From the NCBI RefSeq assembly GCF_049075655.1, contig NZ_CP157522.1:576001-640000 (forward strand): DNA of 64,000 bases. The letters are read 5' to 3'. Made by a program: the position numbers and the translations under genes. The notes under the pieces are model-generated. The model saw nothing but the letters and a program-made list of their open reading frames with translations, was not told the origin of the DNA and ran no database searches. Positions within the stretch are counted from its first letter, which is position 1. Each line of letters begins with the position of its first letter. Source of the stretch: Methanothermococcus sp. Ax23. GTDB lineage: Archaea; AGJL01; Methanococci; Methanococcales; Methanococcaceae. Shown here one piece after another: positions 41,027 through 51,743 of the stretch.

Positions 41027-42217
41027 ATGAAACCAGCAGATATTATTTCCTTTGCGGGAAAAAACATAACCCAAAAAAGGACTCAAAGTTTGCTAACAAT
41101 TGTGGGAATTGTAATAGGTATTGTGGCCATAGTCAGCCTTATTTCTTTGGGGTACGGAGTTCAAAATTACATACAGGAAGAAACTGCGAAATTGGGGGCA
41201 AATAAAATACAAATTTTTCCGATGAAACAGTTTGGAACTCCACCATCCAAGCTTTTTGGAGATAAAGAGGTTAAAGCAATTAAAAATATAAGGGGGGTGG
41301 ATGAAGTCCTATATGGGTGGTATAGTGGAGTTAATGTTGAATATAGAGATGAAAAATATTTCGTAAATATATACTATGCAAAACCATCCACTCTAAAATC
41401 CGTTTATTCTGATGTGGGAGGGTATGGAATTGAAAAAGGACGGTGGTTATCAGACAATGACAACTATAAATGTATGATAGGTTATGGAGTGGCACATAAT
41501 TTATTCAAAAAAGAATTAAGAGTGGGGGACTCAATATATATCAGTGGGCAAAAATTTAAAATTGTTGGAATCATGACTCAGGTGGGCAACCAGCAAGATG
41601 ATAATATGGTAATGATACCCATGAGCTCCGGTGAAGAACTATTTAATAAAAAAGGGGAGTATAACTACATAATGGTGAAAATCAAAGATGGTGCAGATAT
41701 TAAAAAAGTATCAGAGGATATAAAAGATGCCTTGGAAAAGTCCATGGGGACGGATAATTTCAGCGTTTTAACTGCTGAACAGATGGCAAAATCAATTGGT
41801 GGGATATTAAATGTTTTAACTATGTTTGTAGCAGGGGTTGCTGGAATATCTTTATTAGTTGGTGCAGTTGGAATCTCCAACACCATGCATATGAGCATTT
41901 TGGAAAGAAGGAAAGATATTGGGATTTTAAAAGCACTTGGTGCAGAGACCACGACGATACTATCAATATTCGTGGTTGAAGCAGGATTTTTAGGTTTATT
42001 AGGTGGAATTGTGGGCTTGATAATTGGTGTAGGTATTGCCAAATTAGTTGAAATAATAGCTCAAAATATGGGGTATGGTATGATTCAAGCATGGATTTCA
42101 TGGGAGCTCGCAGTTGGAGTTTTATGCTTCTCGTTTATTGTTGGAGTAATTAGCGGATATTTCCCTGCAAGAAGTGGAGCAAAATTAAATCCAATCGATA
42201 CTTTGAGGGGATTATAA
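41027..42217 (+). CDS. MacB/FtsX-type ABC permease
   Basis: LTIVGIVIG, ERRKDIGILKALGA, FPARSGAKLNPI; start ATG 41027. Confidence 0.9.
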   Translation: MKPADIISFAGKNITQKRTQSLLTIVGIVIGIVAIVSLISLGYGVQNYIQEETAKLGANKIQIFPMKQFGTPPSKLFGDKEVKAIKNIRGVDEVLYGWYSGVNVEYRDEKYFVNIYYAKPSTLKSVYSDVGGYGIEKGRWLSDNDNYKCMIGYGVAHNLFKKELRVGDSIYISGQKFKIVGIMTQVGNQQDDNMVMIPMSSGEELFNKKGEYNYIMVKIKDGADIKKVSEDIKDALEKSMGTDNFSVLTAEQMAKSIGGILNVLTMFVAGVAGISLLVGAVGISNTMHMSILERRKDIGILKALGAETTTILSIFVVEAGFLGLLGGIVGLIIGVGIAKLVEIIAQNMGYGMIQAWISWELAVGVLCFSFIVGVISGYFPARSGAKLNPIDTLRGL

Positions 42218-42921
42218 TGACATTTATAGAAGCGAGAAATCTGTGGAAAGTGTATGGAACAGGGGAGGCTAAAACTGTGGTTTTAAAGGGAATAAATTTA
42301 AAAATAGATAAGGGGGAATTCGTGGCAATAACAGGACCAAGCGGATGCGGAAAATCCACCCTTTTAAATATCCTTGGTCTCTTGGATGTTCCAAATAAAG
42401 GTATTGTATATATCAATGGTAAAAAAACCACTTTGATGAGTGAAAATGAAAGAGCGGTATTCAGGAGAAAAATAAGTGGCTTTATATTTCAACAATTCCA
42501 CCTATTAAATACATTGACTGCACTGGAAAATGTGGAGCTCTCAATGGTGCTTAATGACATGGATAAAAATTACAGAAGAAAAAGAGCCAAGGAATTGCTT
42601 AAAATCATGGGCCTCGAACACAGAGAGAAGCACTATCCTAATCAATTAAGTGGGGGTCAGATGCAGAGGGTGGCAATAGCACGAGCTCTTGCAAACCGTC
42701 CAAAGATAATATTTGCAGACGAACCCACCGGGAATTTGGACAGTAAAAGCGGGTATCAAGTTATGAATATTTTAAAGGAGCTCCATGATAATGGAATAAC
42801 TATTATAATGGTCACACATGAGAAAGAATATACAAAATACGCCACAAAGGTTGTAAAAATGAAGGATGGTGAAATTATAGATATTGTGAAAAATCAAGAA
42901 CATAACATTATTGGAGAATAA
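42217..42921 (+). CDS. LolD/MacB-type ABC ATPase
   Basis: GPSGCGKST, LSGGQMQR, DEPTGNLD; stop/start overlap with permease. Confidence 0.92.
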   Translation: MTFIEARNLWKVYGTGEAKTVVLKGINLKIDKGEFVAITGPSGCGKSTLLNILGLLDVPNKGIVYINGKKTTLMSENERAVFRRKISGFIFQQFHLLNTLTALENVELSMVLNDMDKNYRRKRAKELLKIMGLEHREKHYPNQLSGGQMQRVAIARALANRPKIIFADEPTGNLDSKSGYQVMNILKELHDNGITIIMVTHEKEYTKYATKVVKMKDGEIIDIVKNQEHNIIGE

Positions 42922-42988
42922 TTATTGTATAACTGATAAATTAATTGCATAATCATTCAACAAAAAAAATATTAAAACGGGGGATAAT

Positions 42989-43654
42989 ATGGTAGAATAT
43001 GATTTTAAAATAGAATACAGACCTGCATACTCTTTATTAAAAATAAATCTCCAAAATCAGAGCATCATAGCTGAAACTGGTGCAATGGTGTATATGGATA
43101 GTAATATTAACATAAAAACCAATATGAGCGGGGGATTGATGGGAGCTCTAAAAAGGGCAGTAGTTGGAGAAAATATATTTTTAAATAAATTCAGTGGAAC
43201 GGGGATATTGGCACTATCTCCAAATTATGTTGGGGATATAGTTCATCATGAATTGGATGGAGCTCTGTATGTTCAAAGTGGGGCATATATGGCATCATCA
43301 CCAGATATAAATATCAATACAAAATTTGGAGGGGCAAAATCATTCTTTGGAGGCAAAGGATTATTTTTAATGAAGCTTGAAGGAAAGGGGGATGTGTTTT
43401 TATCATCCTTCGGAGCTCTTGAAACTGTGGAATTGAATGATGAAAGTTTGATAGTTGATAACGGCAATCTTGTTGGATTCACAGATGGATTGTCTTATTC
43501 ATTAAGAAGAATTGGTGGATTAAAATCATCATTACTTGGTGGAGAAGGTGCAGTTTATGAATTCAGAGGCACTGGAAAAGTATATATTCAGACAAGAAAT
43601 ATGGAAAGCTTTGCGGACTTTTTAATGAAGTATTTGCCAGTAGGTAGAAAGTAA
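42989..43654 (+). CDS. TIGR00266/AIM24 family protein
   Basis: AETGAM, GGEG..F.GTGKVYIQTR. Confidence 0.87.
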   Translation: MVEYDFKIEYRPAYSLLKINLQNQSIIAETGAMVYMDSNINIKTNMSGGLMGALKRAVVGENIFLNKFSGTGILALSPNYVGDIVHHELDGALYVQSGAYMASSPDININTKFGGAKSFFGGKGLFLMKLEGKGDVFLSSFGALETVELNDESLIVDNGNLVGFTDGLSYSLRRIGGLKSSLLGGEGAVYEFRGTGKVYIQTRNMESFADFLMKYLPVGRK

Positions 43655-43699
43655 ATATTAAATCAAAAATTATTAAGACCATATAAAATAGGTGAATCT

Positions 43700-44098
43700 A
43701 TGTTAAAATTATACCTCTATGGATTGGGGGCGTGGGTTGTTCTTTTAATTTTAGCAATACTCAATGCAGTTATTAGGGAAACTATATATGCTCCCAAAAT
43801 AGGTGAGCTCCCTGCACATCAAATTAGTTCAATTATATTTATCTGTATTATATTTTTATTCACATATATTTTTCTAAAAATTGTGAATATTGAAGCAACA
43901 GGCACTCAATATCTAATGCTGGGTATCATATGGTTAATATTAACAATTACTTTTGAATTTCTATTTGGGCATTATGTTGTAGGTTATTCATGGAGCAAAC
44001 TACTGGCTGACTACAATATTTTTGAAGGAAGATTGTGGGGCATTGTTCTTTTAACTTTGGTCATTGCCCCATGGTTGATTAATAAATTAAATATATAG
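43700..44098 (+). CDS. Hypothetical membrane protein
   Basis: Four hydrophobic segments, FEFLFGHY, GGTGA SD. Confidence 0.75.
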   Translation: MLKLYLYGLGAWVVLLILAILNAVIRETIYAPKIGELPAHQISSIIFICIIFLFTYIFLKIVNIEATGTQYLMLGIIWLILTITFEFLFGHYVVGYSWSKLLADYNIFEGRLWGIVLLTLVIAPWLINKLNI

Positions 44099-44185
44099 AT
44101 TGGAAAAATAAGAAAATGAATAAAAATAAATAGGAAAAGATGAAAAATATGCCTGTGTATATTTTAACACATAAGTGGTGATATT

Positions 44186-44584
44186 ATGGTGAAATTAACT
44201 GAAGAAATGAAAAAATCAATAAACGAATCTGTTGTATTTCTCACAACAGCTACAAAAGATGGAATACCAAATGTTGCTCCTATGAGAGCTCTCAAAGTAG
44301 TAGATGATGAAACTGTTGTAATATGTGATAACTTCATGCATAAAACCTTAAAGAATATTAAAGAAAACCCAAATGTGGCTCTTGCAACATCAGATTGTAG
44401 GGAGAATCCATTCCAATATAAAGGAATTGCAGAATACTACACAGAAGGGGAATGGTTTGAAGTTGCAAAAGAAATAGATGCACAGTTTGGAAGAGTTCCA
44501 AAAGGGGCTGTTGTAATAAAAATAAAAGAAATATACAACTTAAAATCTGGAGAAGATGCTGGAAAATTAATAGCAAAAGATTGA
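44186..44584 (+). CDS. Pyridoxamine 5'-phosphate oxidase-like FMN-binding protein
   Basis: TATKDGIPN, KTLKNIKENP, FQYKG. Confidence 0.87.
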   Translation: MVKLTEEMKKSINESVVFLTTATKDGIPNVAPMRALKVVDDETVVICDNFMHKTLKNIKENPNVALATSDCRENPFQYKGIAEYYTEGEWFEVAKEIDAQFGRVPKGAVVIKIKEIYNLKSGEDAGKLIAKD

Positions 44585-44697
44585 ATAAATAAAATGTATA
44601 AATTCATATAAACTAATATAAAAACACATAATTCTTCTTTTTTGAACTGTATTTGATAAAAACTTTAAAAATTAGAATTAAAAAAATTAAAAAGAGG

Positions 44698-44931
44698 TTA
44701 TAATAAGCCTGCTGTATCCAATGCTAATTTTACTTCTTCTGTTGAAGCTCCTTTTTCAATTTCAACTTTTTTGTCTGTTGGTTCGATGTGTTTTATGTTG
44801 CATCTTCTTCTTTTAACATTTCCATCTACTACAACAAAGTTTTTATCTAATATATCTACAACAACGCAGGTTTTTCCTGCTTCTCTACCTAATGTTTTAA
44901 TGCATACTCTTCCTACTTCAATTGCTGACAT
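44698..44931 (-). CDS. rpl14e: 50S ribosomal protein L14e
   Basis: [26 protein letters not shown]. Confidence 0.96.
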   Translation of the reverse strand: MSAIEVGRVCIKTLGREAGKTCVVVDILDKNFVVVDGNVKRRRCNIKHIEPTDKKVEIEKGASTEEVKLALDTAGLL

Positions 44932-45043
44932 AAATACCTCACCTCAGTTTTTGTTGTTGTAATTGTCGCCAATTACAATTCATCCTTTAAAAGGGGAGGA
45001 GTTATTTATATACCATCTGTTTTTAGTTTATTATATTTTAATT

Positions 45044-45586
45044 TTATTTATTTTCTAAATTATCTATTGCTTCACAGATGATATTAAACACTCCGTTTAT
45101 ATTCCATGTTGAAGAATCGATTACAATATCGTATATTGATAAATCATCTATATCAATATTATATATTTCTTTATATCTCTTCTTCTCACTATTTTCTCTA
45201 TTTATCATTTTAGTTAATGCGGTGTCGAGGTCTTCGTTTTCTCTTTCACTTATCCTCTCACATCTCACCATTGGAGGAGCTCTCAACCATATCGATAATG
45301 TTGGATTCACATTGTTATTTTTAAGCATCCATGCTGCAAGTCTGCCTTCAAGAACTATATTTCCTTCCTTTGCCATTTCAACTTGTTTTCTATCTATTTC
45401 CTTATCAATTTCAGGATTTTCCTCTGCATATTTGCTGAATTCCTGCAACTCCATGTTCATTTCTTTTGCCATATCTCTGAATATAAAACCTGCACATACA
45501 TGTTTAAGGTTGTATTTCTCAGATATTAGCTTTGACATTGTTGTAGTTCCTGTTCCCGGCAGTCCTCCAATGGTTATTATCATCAC
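45044..45586 (-). CDS. cmk: Cytidylate kinase
   Basis: [16 protein letters not shown]; between rpl34e and rpl14e. Confidence 0.93.
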   Translation of the reverse strand: MMIITIGGLPGTGTTTMSKLISEKYNLKHVCAGFIFRDMAKEMNMELQEFSKYAEENPEIDKEIDRKQVEMAKEGNIVLEGRLAAWMLKNNNVNPTLSIWLRAPPMVRCERISERENEDLDTALTKMINRENSEKKRYKEIYNIDIDDLSIYDIVIDSSTWNINGVFNIICEAIDNLENK

Positions 45587-45611
45587 AACACCTTTTATTA
45601 TGACTTTCTAT

Positions 45612-45881
45612 TTATATATTTCTTGCTTTTTCAATCATTAACCTTTTAAGACATTTTGGGCACAAGTAGCCACCGTATGGTCTTTCAGGTCTTTTCTCTG
45701 TCTTTGAGAGTTTTGCAATTTCGTATGCTCTTCCTCTTGGAACACCATTTAAGAGAGCTCCACAAGATGCACATTTTGCTTTTGAAGGTTTTTTTCTTCT
45801 GTAATGCAATACGGTCTTGTTTCCAGGAGCTCTCCTTGATACTTTCTTAAATGAACCTGATTTATATCTTGGAGCAGGCAT
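45612..45881 (-). CDS. rpl34e: 50S ribosomal protein L34e
   Basis: MPAPRY, RPERPYGGYLC; start ATG 45881. Confidence 0.95.
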   Translation of the reverse strand: MPAPRYKSGSFKKVSRRAPGNKTVLHYRRKKPSKAKCASCGALLNGVPRGRAYEIAKLSKTEKRPERPYGGYLCPKCLKRLMIEKARNI

Positions 45882-46047
45882 ATTATTACCTCCTGTGTTT
45901 TTCAATAATAATTATATAACTAATTTCATAACCACATATTTATTATTAAAATATATGGATATTTATAAAATAGTAGATTAACTATGCATTTATAGTATAT
46001 AAAATTTTTCATAGTCGCCACGACCTCAATTTATTATGCCGATTCCC

Positions 46048-46263
46048 TCAGTTTTCTATACACTTCCGGGAGAATTTCACCTGCTTTTCAAGGTCTTCAT
46101 ACTCCTTTAATACATCTTTCTTAGTAGATTCTAAAACACAGTCAAATCTTCTTAAAACACACATGGGGAGAATGACCTCTCCATACTGCTCTTTCTTATA
46201 TGCTCCCCTTAATAATTCAGCCATATTCCAAATTAAATTAACTTTTTCTTGAAAGTTCTCCAC
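46048..46263 (-). pseudogene. hsdM: Type I R-M methyltransferase (HsdM) N-terminal fragment
   Basis: From GTG 46263: (M)ENFQEKVNLIWNMAELLRGAYKKEQYGEVILPMCVLRRFDCVLE..., ends after 71 codons. Confidence 0.82.
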
Positions 46264-46315
46264 GCTATCACTCAAATATTTCAATCTATAAATATAATTG
46301 TCTAAAATAAAAAGG

Positions 46316-46402
46316 CGCGGAGGAAGGGATTTGAACCCTTGCGGGGCAAAGCCCCACCGGATTTCAAGTCCGGCGCCATAGTCCAGGCTCGACCACCTCC
46401 GC
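46316..46402 (-). tRNA. tRNA-Ser (anticodon TGA)
   Basis: Acceptor GCGGAGG/CCTCCGC + G discriminator, anticodon arm CCGGA-CTTGAAA-TCCGG, long variable arm GGGGC-TTT-GCCCC, T arm GGTTCAAATCC. Confidence 0.95.
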
Positions 46403-46480
46403 ACTTAACCTATTTATTAAATGCATAAAGTAATATATATACTTTTTGGTTAAAAAATATATTAATATATAATTATATAA

Positions 46481-47077
46481 TTATTTTATTCCCATAACCT
46501 TCCTTAAAATCATTGATGTAGCCATTGAACACAATATATACCATCCAAGCCATCCAAGTGCTTCATTAGACACTATACCAAATCCACCGTGATAAAATAT
46601 GCCACCCAGCCAATGGAAAACTGATACAAACAGTATTTTTGATAATATTACTGGCAGATGAACAACTACTCCATCCCATGCAGGATTTAATTGATGAATA
46701 ACCCCCCCAAAGTCATAAACATGCCTTAAATATGCAAATATCGCAATAATTGGCACCCATGTGTAAATCATAGGTTTGAAGCTCATCTTCATCATTTCCA
46801 TTTGCATTGCCATCATTTTTTGCTGTTCTTCCTGCAATTGTTTCATAAGTTCAGGGTCTCTTGCTGCTTTTTTTGCTTTAACCTGGAATTCCTGAATTTC
46901 TTTTTTTAATTCTGCCATCCTATCCTGATTAACCAACAATTTTGTAGCCAAATTTATTATAAACGAAACCATAAATGCTATTATTAATATGGCAATAGCA
47001 GGGTGCATATTTGTGATGAGTGGCATAAACACTGCATCTAACGAATTATAAAACATATTGAAAATAGATTCAAACAT
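46481..47077 (-). CDS. EMC3/TMCO1 (DUF106, Oxa1 superfamily) membrane insertase
   Basis: TM-coiled coil-Met-rich [18 protein letters not shown]; follows adkA. Confidence 0.9.
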   Translation of the reverse strand: MFESIFNMFYNSLDAVFMPLITNMHPAIAILIIAFMVSFIINLATKLLVNQDRMAELKKEIQEFQVKAKKAARDPELMKQLQEEQQKMMAMQMEMMKMSFKPMIYTWVPIIAIFAYLRHVYDFGGVIHQLNPAWDGVVVHLPVILSKILFVSVFHWLGGIFYHGGFGIVSNEALGWLGWYILCSMATSMILRKVMGIK

Positions 47078-47178
47078 TTTTATCCCCGTATTATTTTTAT
47101 TTATTTTTTTATAAATTTTTAATTATAATTTATTGTTAAAAATCATTAAAAAAAGGTTAAATGATAAAATATATAAAA

Positions 47179-47763
<585 letters not shown>

Positions 47764-47898
47764 TCACCTTTTTTAATTTTATACGATTGATAAGGTGTTT
47801 TAAAAATCCTATAATTATGCCCGAGTATTTATCTTACTTTTATTCACATTAATACTAAAAATAAACGCACATTGAATTTAAGGTTTATCTAGTATATA

Positions 47899-48309
47899 TT
47901 ATTTATTATTTCTATATTTTATTTCATTATTTAAATTATTGTTTAATTTAATTAGCAGTTCAATAGCTGTCCCTATTTCAATTATCCTACTTACATCTGT
48001 TTCGCTGTCCAATTTTTTTAATAAATAGCTTATTTTTTTATCCATAATTTTATTTATTTCATTTGAAGGAGAGTATTTAAAACAAGATATTCCTTTTTCT
48101 TTTACTTCTTTTTCAAGTGTGTCATTATTTTTATAGCTATTATAATCATTATAATTACAATTTGGGCAGTATATATTGCCATTTTTATCTTCAAACAGTG
48201 GAAAACCACATTTTTTACAGTGTTTCCCAAGCATCTTGGAGCCTTTGAGCATTTCCTTAGATGCAATTTTTACAACATCCTCTTTTTCATTTGCATTCCC
48301 ATATTGCAT
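47899..48309 (-). CDS. UPF0148/autoantigen-p27-like zinc finger protein
   Basis: MLKGSKML..HCKKCGFPLF...YCPNC. Confidence 0.85.
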   Translation of the reverse strand: MQYGNANEKEDVVKIASKEMLKGSKMLGKHCKKCGFPLFEDKNGNIYCPNCNYNDYNSYKNNDTLEKEVKEKGISCFKYSPSNEINKIMDKKISYLLKKLDSETDVSRIIEIGTAIELLIKLNNNLNNEIKYRNNK

Positions 48310-48521
48310 GAGCTCACCAAAAACTTAAACTTAAAATTAAATCACTTAAACAATAAACTTAAATAAACACATTGATTATAAAAGGTTTTATATCATTATC
48401 TTATATTTTATTATTTACTCGGTATAAGGCATTTTATGATTATTTATAATTTATAATCTAAATTTATAATTATAATCATGTAAGTAAGTATAATATATGC
48501 AAGCATGGATTTGGTGATAAA

Positions 48522-50441
48522 ATGGAAATGGATTATAAAAATTTAGGCTTAAAGGTAGGTTTAGAGATACACCAACAATTAAACACAAAAAGGAAGCTTT
48601 TCTGCAACTGTCCAACAATAATAAGGGACGATGAACCAGATGGTGAGACTAAAAGAGTATTGAGAACATCCCAAAGTGAGATGGGGGAGGTAGATAAAGC
48701 GGCACTTATCGAATCTAAGAAGGGCAAGACATACATCTACCAGTATTACAACGATACAACATGTTTGGTTGAATTGGATGAAGAACCGCCACACCTGCCA
48801 TCAGAAGAAGCCATAAAAACCGCATTGCAAGTATCCTGTTTAATGAATATGAATATAGTCGATGAAATCCACACAATGAGGAAAATAGTAATTGATGGTT
48901 CAAATACATCAGGATTTCAAAGAACGATGTTTGTTTCAAATGACGGATATATTGAAACAGAATATGGAAAAGTGGGAATTACAAGTTTATGTTTGGAGGA
49001 AGATGCTTGTAGAAAAATAGAAGATGGAAAAGGCTATATAATATATCGTCTTGACAGGTTGGGAATACCGTTATTGGAAATTACCACAGAACCTGACATC
49101 ACATCTCCAAAGATGGGAAAAGAAGCTGCAAGACGAATAGGTATGATACTAAGAGCCACTGGAAAGGCAAAGAGGGGGCTTGGAACAATAAGGCAGGATG
49201 TGAATATATCAATCAAAAATGGGGCAAGGATAGAGGTTAAGGGAGTTCAAAACCTTGATTTAATTGAAAAAATAATTGAAAATGAAGTGATTAGGCAGAT
49301 TAACTTACTGGATATAGCAAACACATTAAAGGAAAGAAATGCCGAAATTATAGATGAAATCGTTGATATAACGGAGCTCCTAAAAGACACAAAATCAAAG
49401 GTAATTAAAAAGGCATTGAAGAAGAAAAACGGAAGGATAAAGGCAGTATTGTTAAAAGGATTTGGAGGACTTGTTGGAAAAGAAATTCAGCCAGGTAGAA
49501 GGTTGGGAACCGAATTATCAGACAGGGCAAAGGTAATTGCAGGAGTGGGTGGTTTGTTCCATACGGATGAGCTCCCAAACTATGGAATCACTCAGGAGGA
49601 AGTGGATAGGTTAAAAGAATATGTTGGAGAAAAACTTAAAACAGAATTTACTGAAAAAGACGCTATTATTCTTGTAGCTGATGAAGAAAGTAAGGTAGAT
49701 AGGGCATTATATGCAATTGTTGAAAGAGCTCAGGAGGCTATTGTTGGAGTTCCTGAGGAAACTAGAAAGGCACTTGAAAATGGAAACACATCATATTTAA
49801 GACCCCTTCCAGGTTCTGCAAGGATGTATCCAGAAACAGATATTCCTGCTATAAAGATAAATGAAGAACAGATTGAAGACATAAAAAACAATTTACCAGA
49901 GATGCCAGAAGAGAAGTTAGAAAGATTCATAAGAGAATATGGATTAAATAGGGATTTAGCAGGTATTATGGTGATGTCCCACCGTGTTGAAATATTTGAA
50001 GAATTATGTAAAAAATATGAGGATATAAAACCAACACTCATTGCCACAACATTGGAAGGAACATTGAAAGAAATTAAAAGAGAAGGTTATGATGTGGATG
50101 TTTTAACTGAAATGCACTTTGATATGGTATTTGAAGGACTGTCTAATGAAAAAATGTCAAAAGAGGCGGTTATCGAAGTATTGAAAGGATTTACAGAATA
50201 TCCTGAAAAAGATTTAGATAAGATTTTAGAGATAAAAGGACTTAAATCACTTTCAAAAGAAGAGGTTGAAAAGATAATAGGGGATATAATAAACCAGAAC
50301 GTTGATGTTGTAAAAAGCAAAGGTATGGGGGCAATGGGAATGTTAATGGGTAGATGCATGGCAGTTTTAAGAGGCAAGGCTGATGGAAAGTTAATAAACA
50401 GCATATTGAAGGAGAAGTTAAGGAGTATTATTGATATATAA
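48522..50441 (+). CDS. gatE: Glu-tRNA(Gln) amidotransferase subunit E
   Basis: GLEIHQQL, DGSNTSGFQRT, RQDVN, RMYPETD. Confidence 0.96.
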   Translation: MEMDYKNLGLKVGLEIHQQLNTKRKLFCNCPTIIRDDEPDGETKRVLRTSQSEMGEVDKAALIESKKGKTYIYQYYNDTTCLVELDEEPPHLPSEEAIKTALQVSCLMNMNIVDEIHTMRKIVIDGSNTSGFQRTMFVSNDGYIETEYGKVGITSLCLEEDACRKIEDGKGYIIYRLDRLGIPLLEITTEPDITSPKMGKEAARRIGMILRATGKAKRGLGTIRQDVNISIKNGARIEVKGVQNLDLIEKIIENEVIRQINLLDIANTLKERNAEIIDEIVDITELLKDTKSKVIKKALKKKNGRIKAVLLKGFGGLVGKEIQPGRRLGTELSDRAKVIAGVGGLFHTDELPNYGITQEEVDRLKEYVGEKLKTEFTEKDAIILVADEESKVDRALYAIVERAQEAIVGVPEETRKALENGNTSYLRPLPGSARMYPETDIPAIKINEEQIEDIKNNLPEMPEEKLERFIREYGLNRDLAGIMVMSHRVEIFEELCKKYEDIKPTLIATTLEGTLKEIKREGYDVDVLTEMHFDMVFEGLSNEKMSKEAVIEVLKGFTEYPEKDLDKILEIKGLKSLSKEEVEKIIGDIINQNVDVVKSKGMGAMGMLMGRCMAVLRGKADGKLINSILKEKLRSIIDI

Positions 50442-50461
50442 TTACATATTTTTGGGGTAAT

Positions 50462-51649
50462 ATGTTATATAAAGACCATATATACCTATTTAAGCATATT
50501 ATAAAATGGATGGTAATCTCATCATCCATAGGTGTTGTTGGTAGTTTAAGTGCCATTATTATAACAAAACTTATAGAGATTTTCTCATTAGCACCCCATT
50601 ATGTATTTAGCATACCATTTGCTATGGCATTTGCTGGATATGTTGTTGATAAATATGGAGATTTAAAAGGGTCTGGTGTTGATAGAACATTAAGGGCATT
50701 TAATGAAAAAATAAGTTTGAATCCATTTATAGGATTTCTAAAAATTGTGTTGTCCGGCATTATTATAGGTCTTGGAGGGAGTGCGGGAAAAGTAGGACCT
50801 TCTATTCAGGCTAGTGCTTCTTTTGCAGATTTTTTATACAGAATATTTAAATTAAAAAATAGAAAAGCATTATTAATAAGTGGTATTGCTGGAGGGTTAA
50901 GCGGAGATTTATGTGCCCCATTCGGTTCTGCAATATTTGCAGCAGAAATCGTTCGGAGAGAGGGGTTCGAATATATATCATGCTTTCCTGCAATATTATC
51001 AAGTATCTTTGGATACATGGTATATCTTACAATATATGGAAAAATAAAACTTTTTGATATCCCTTGCCATTATAACTTTTCGCCGATGGATTTTCCATAC
51101 ATATTTATCTGTGCCATATTTTGTGCGTTTATTGCATATATTTACATTCATAGTTATATCTCAATAAGAAATTTTTTTGATAACTTAAAGTATCCCCAAT
51201 ATATTAAATCATTTATGGGTGGAATTATTGTAGCACTTATAGGTTATTATATACCACAATCTCTTGGATTAGGCGTAGGAATTACTGAAAATATAATGCT
51301 TTTAAAATATGGCATTATTTCTTTAAGTTTAATATTATTTGGAAAAATATATACAACATCATTTACAGTTGGAACAGGAACACCTGGTGGTCTAGTTCTT
51401 CCATCTGTATTCATAGGTGCTTGTTCAGGTGCATTGTTTGGAATGTTGTTGGGATTCCACAATGTTTTGCCCTTCATTGTTGTTGGAATAGCCACACTAC
51501 TGTCTTCGATGGCTAATGTTCCGCTTGCTTCTATCGTGTTATGTGTTGAGATATTTGGATTTAATTATTCAATTCCTGCCGCAGTTGGGGCATTAATGGG
51601 CTTTCAGTTAGTTAGATGGAAAACGATATATGAACATATTACATTTTAA
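50462..51649 (+). CDS. CLC-family anion channel/transporter (no CBS domains)
   Basis: GSGVD, GSAGKVGP, PGGLVLP signature regions. Confidence 0.87.
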   Translation: MLYKDHIYLFKHIIKWMVISSSIGVVGSLSAIIITKLIEIFSLAPHYVFSIPFAMAFAGYVVDKYGDLKGSGVDRTLRAFNEKISLNPFIGFLKIVLSGIIIGLGGSAGKVGPSIQASASFADFLYRIFKLKNRKALLISGIAGGLSGDLCAPFGSAIFAAEIVRREGFEYISCFPAILSSIFGYMVYLTIYGKIKLFDIPCHYNFSPMDFPYIFICAIFCAFIAYIYIHSYISIRNFFDNLKYPQYIKSFMGGIIVALIGYYIPQSLGLGVGITENIMLLKYGIISLSLILFGKIYTTSFTVGTGTPGGLVLPSVFIGACSGALFGMLLGFHNVLPFIVVGIATLLSSMANVPLASIVLCVEIFGFNYSIPAAVGALMGFQLVRWKTIYEHITF

Positions 51650-51743
51650 ACATAAATTAAACATCGTAATATTTTAAATATTGAAAATACTAAAAAATAA
51701 TAGTAAATATAGGTTATAATTATTGATGATTATAGGGGTTGTT

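Noticed and set aside
46316-46402. tRNA-Sec, suggested by the long variable arm
   Set aside because: Anticodon is TGA (reads UCA, Ser), not TCA, and the acceptor stem is a standard 7 bp.
46264-46404. 5' part of the 118-aa ORF 46048..46404
   Set aside because: Read-through of the tRNA gene; only 46048-46263 is HsdM-like.
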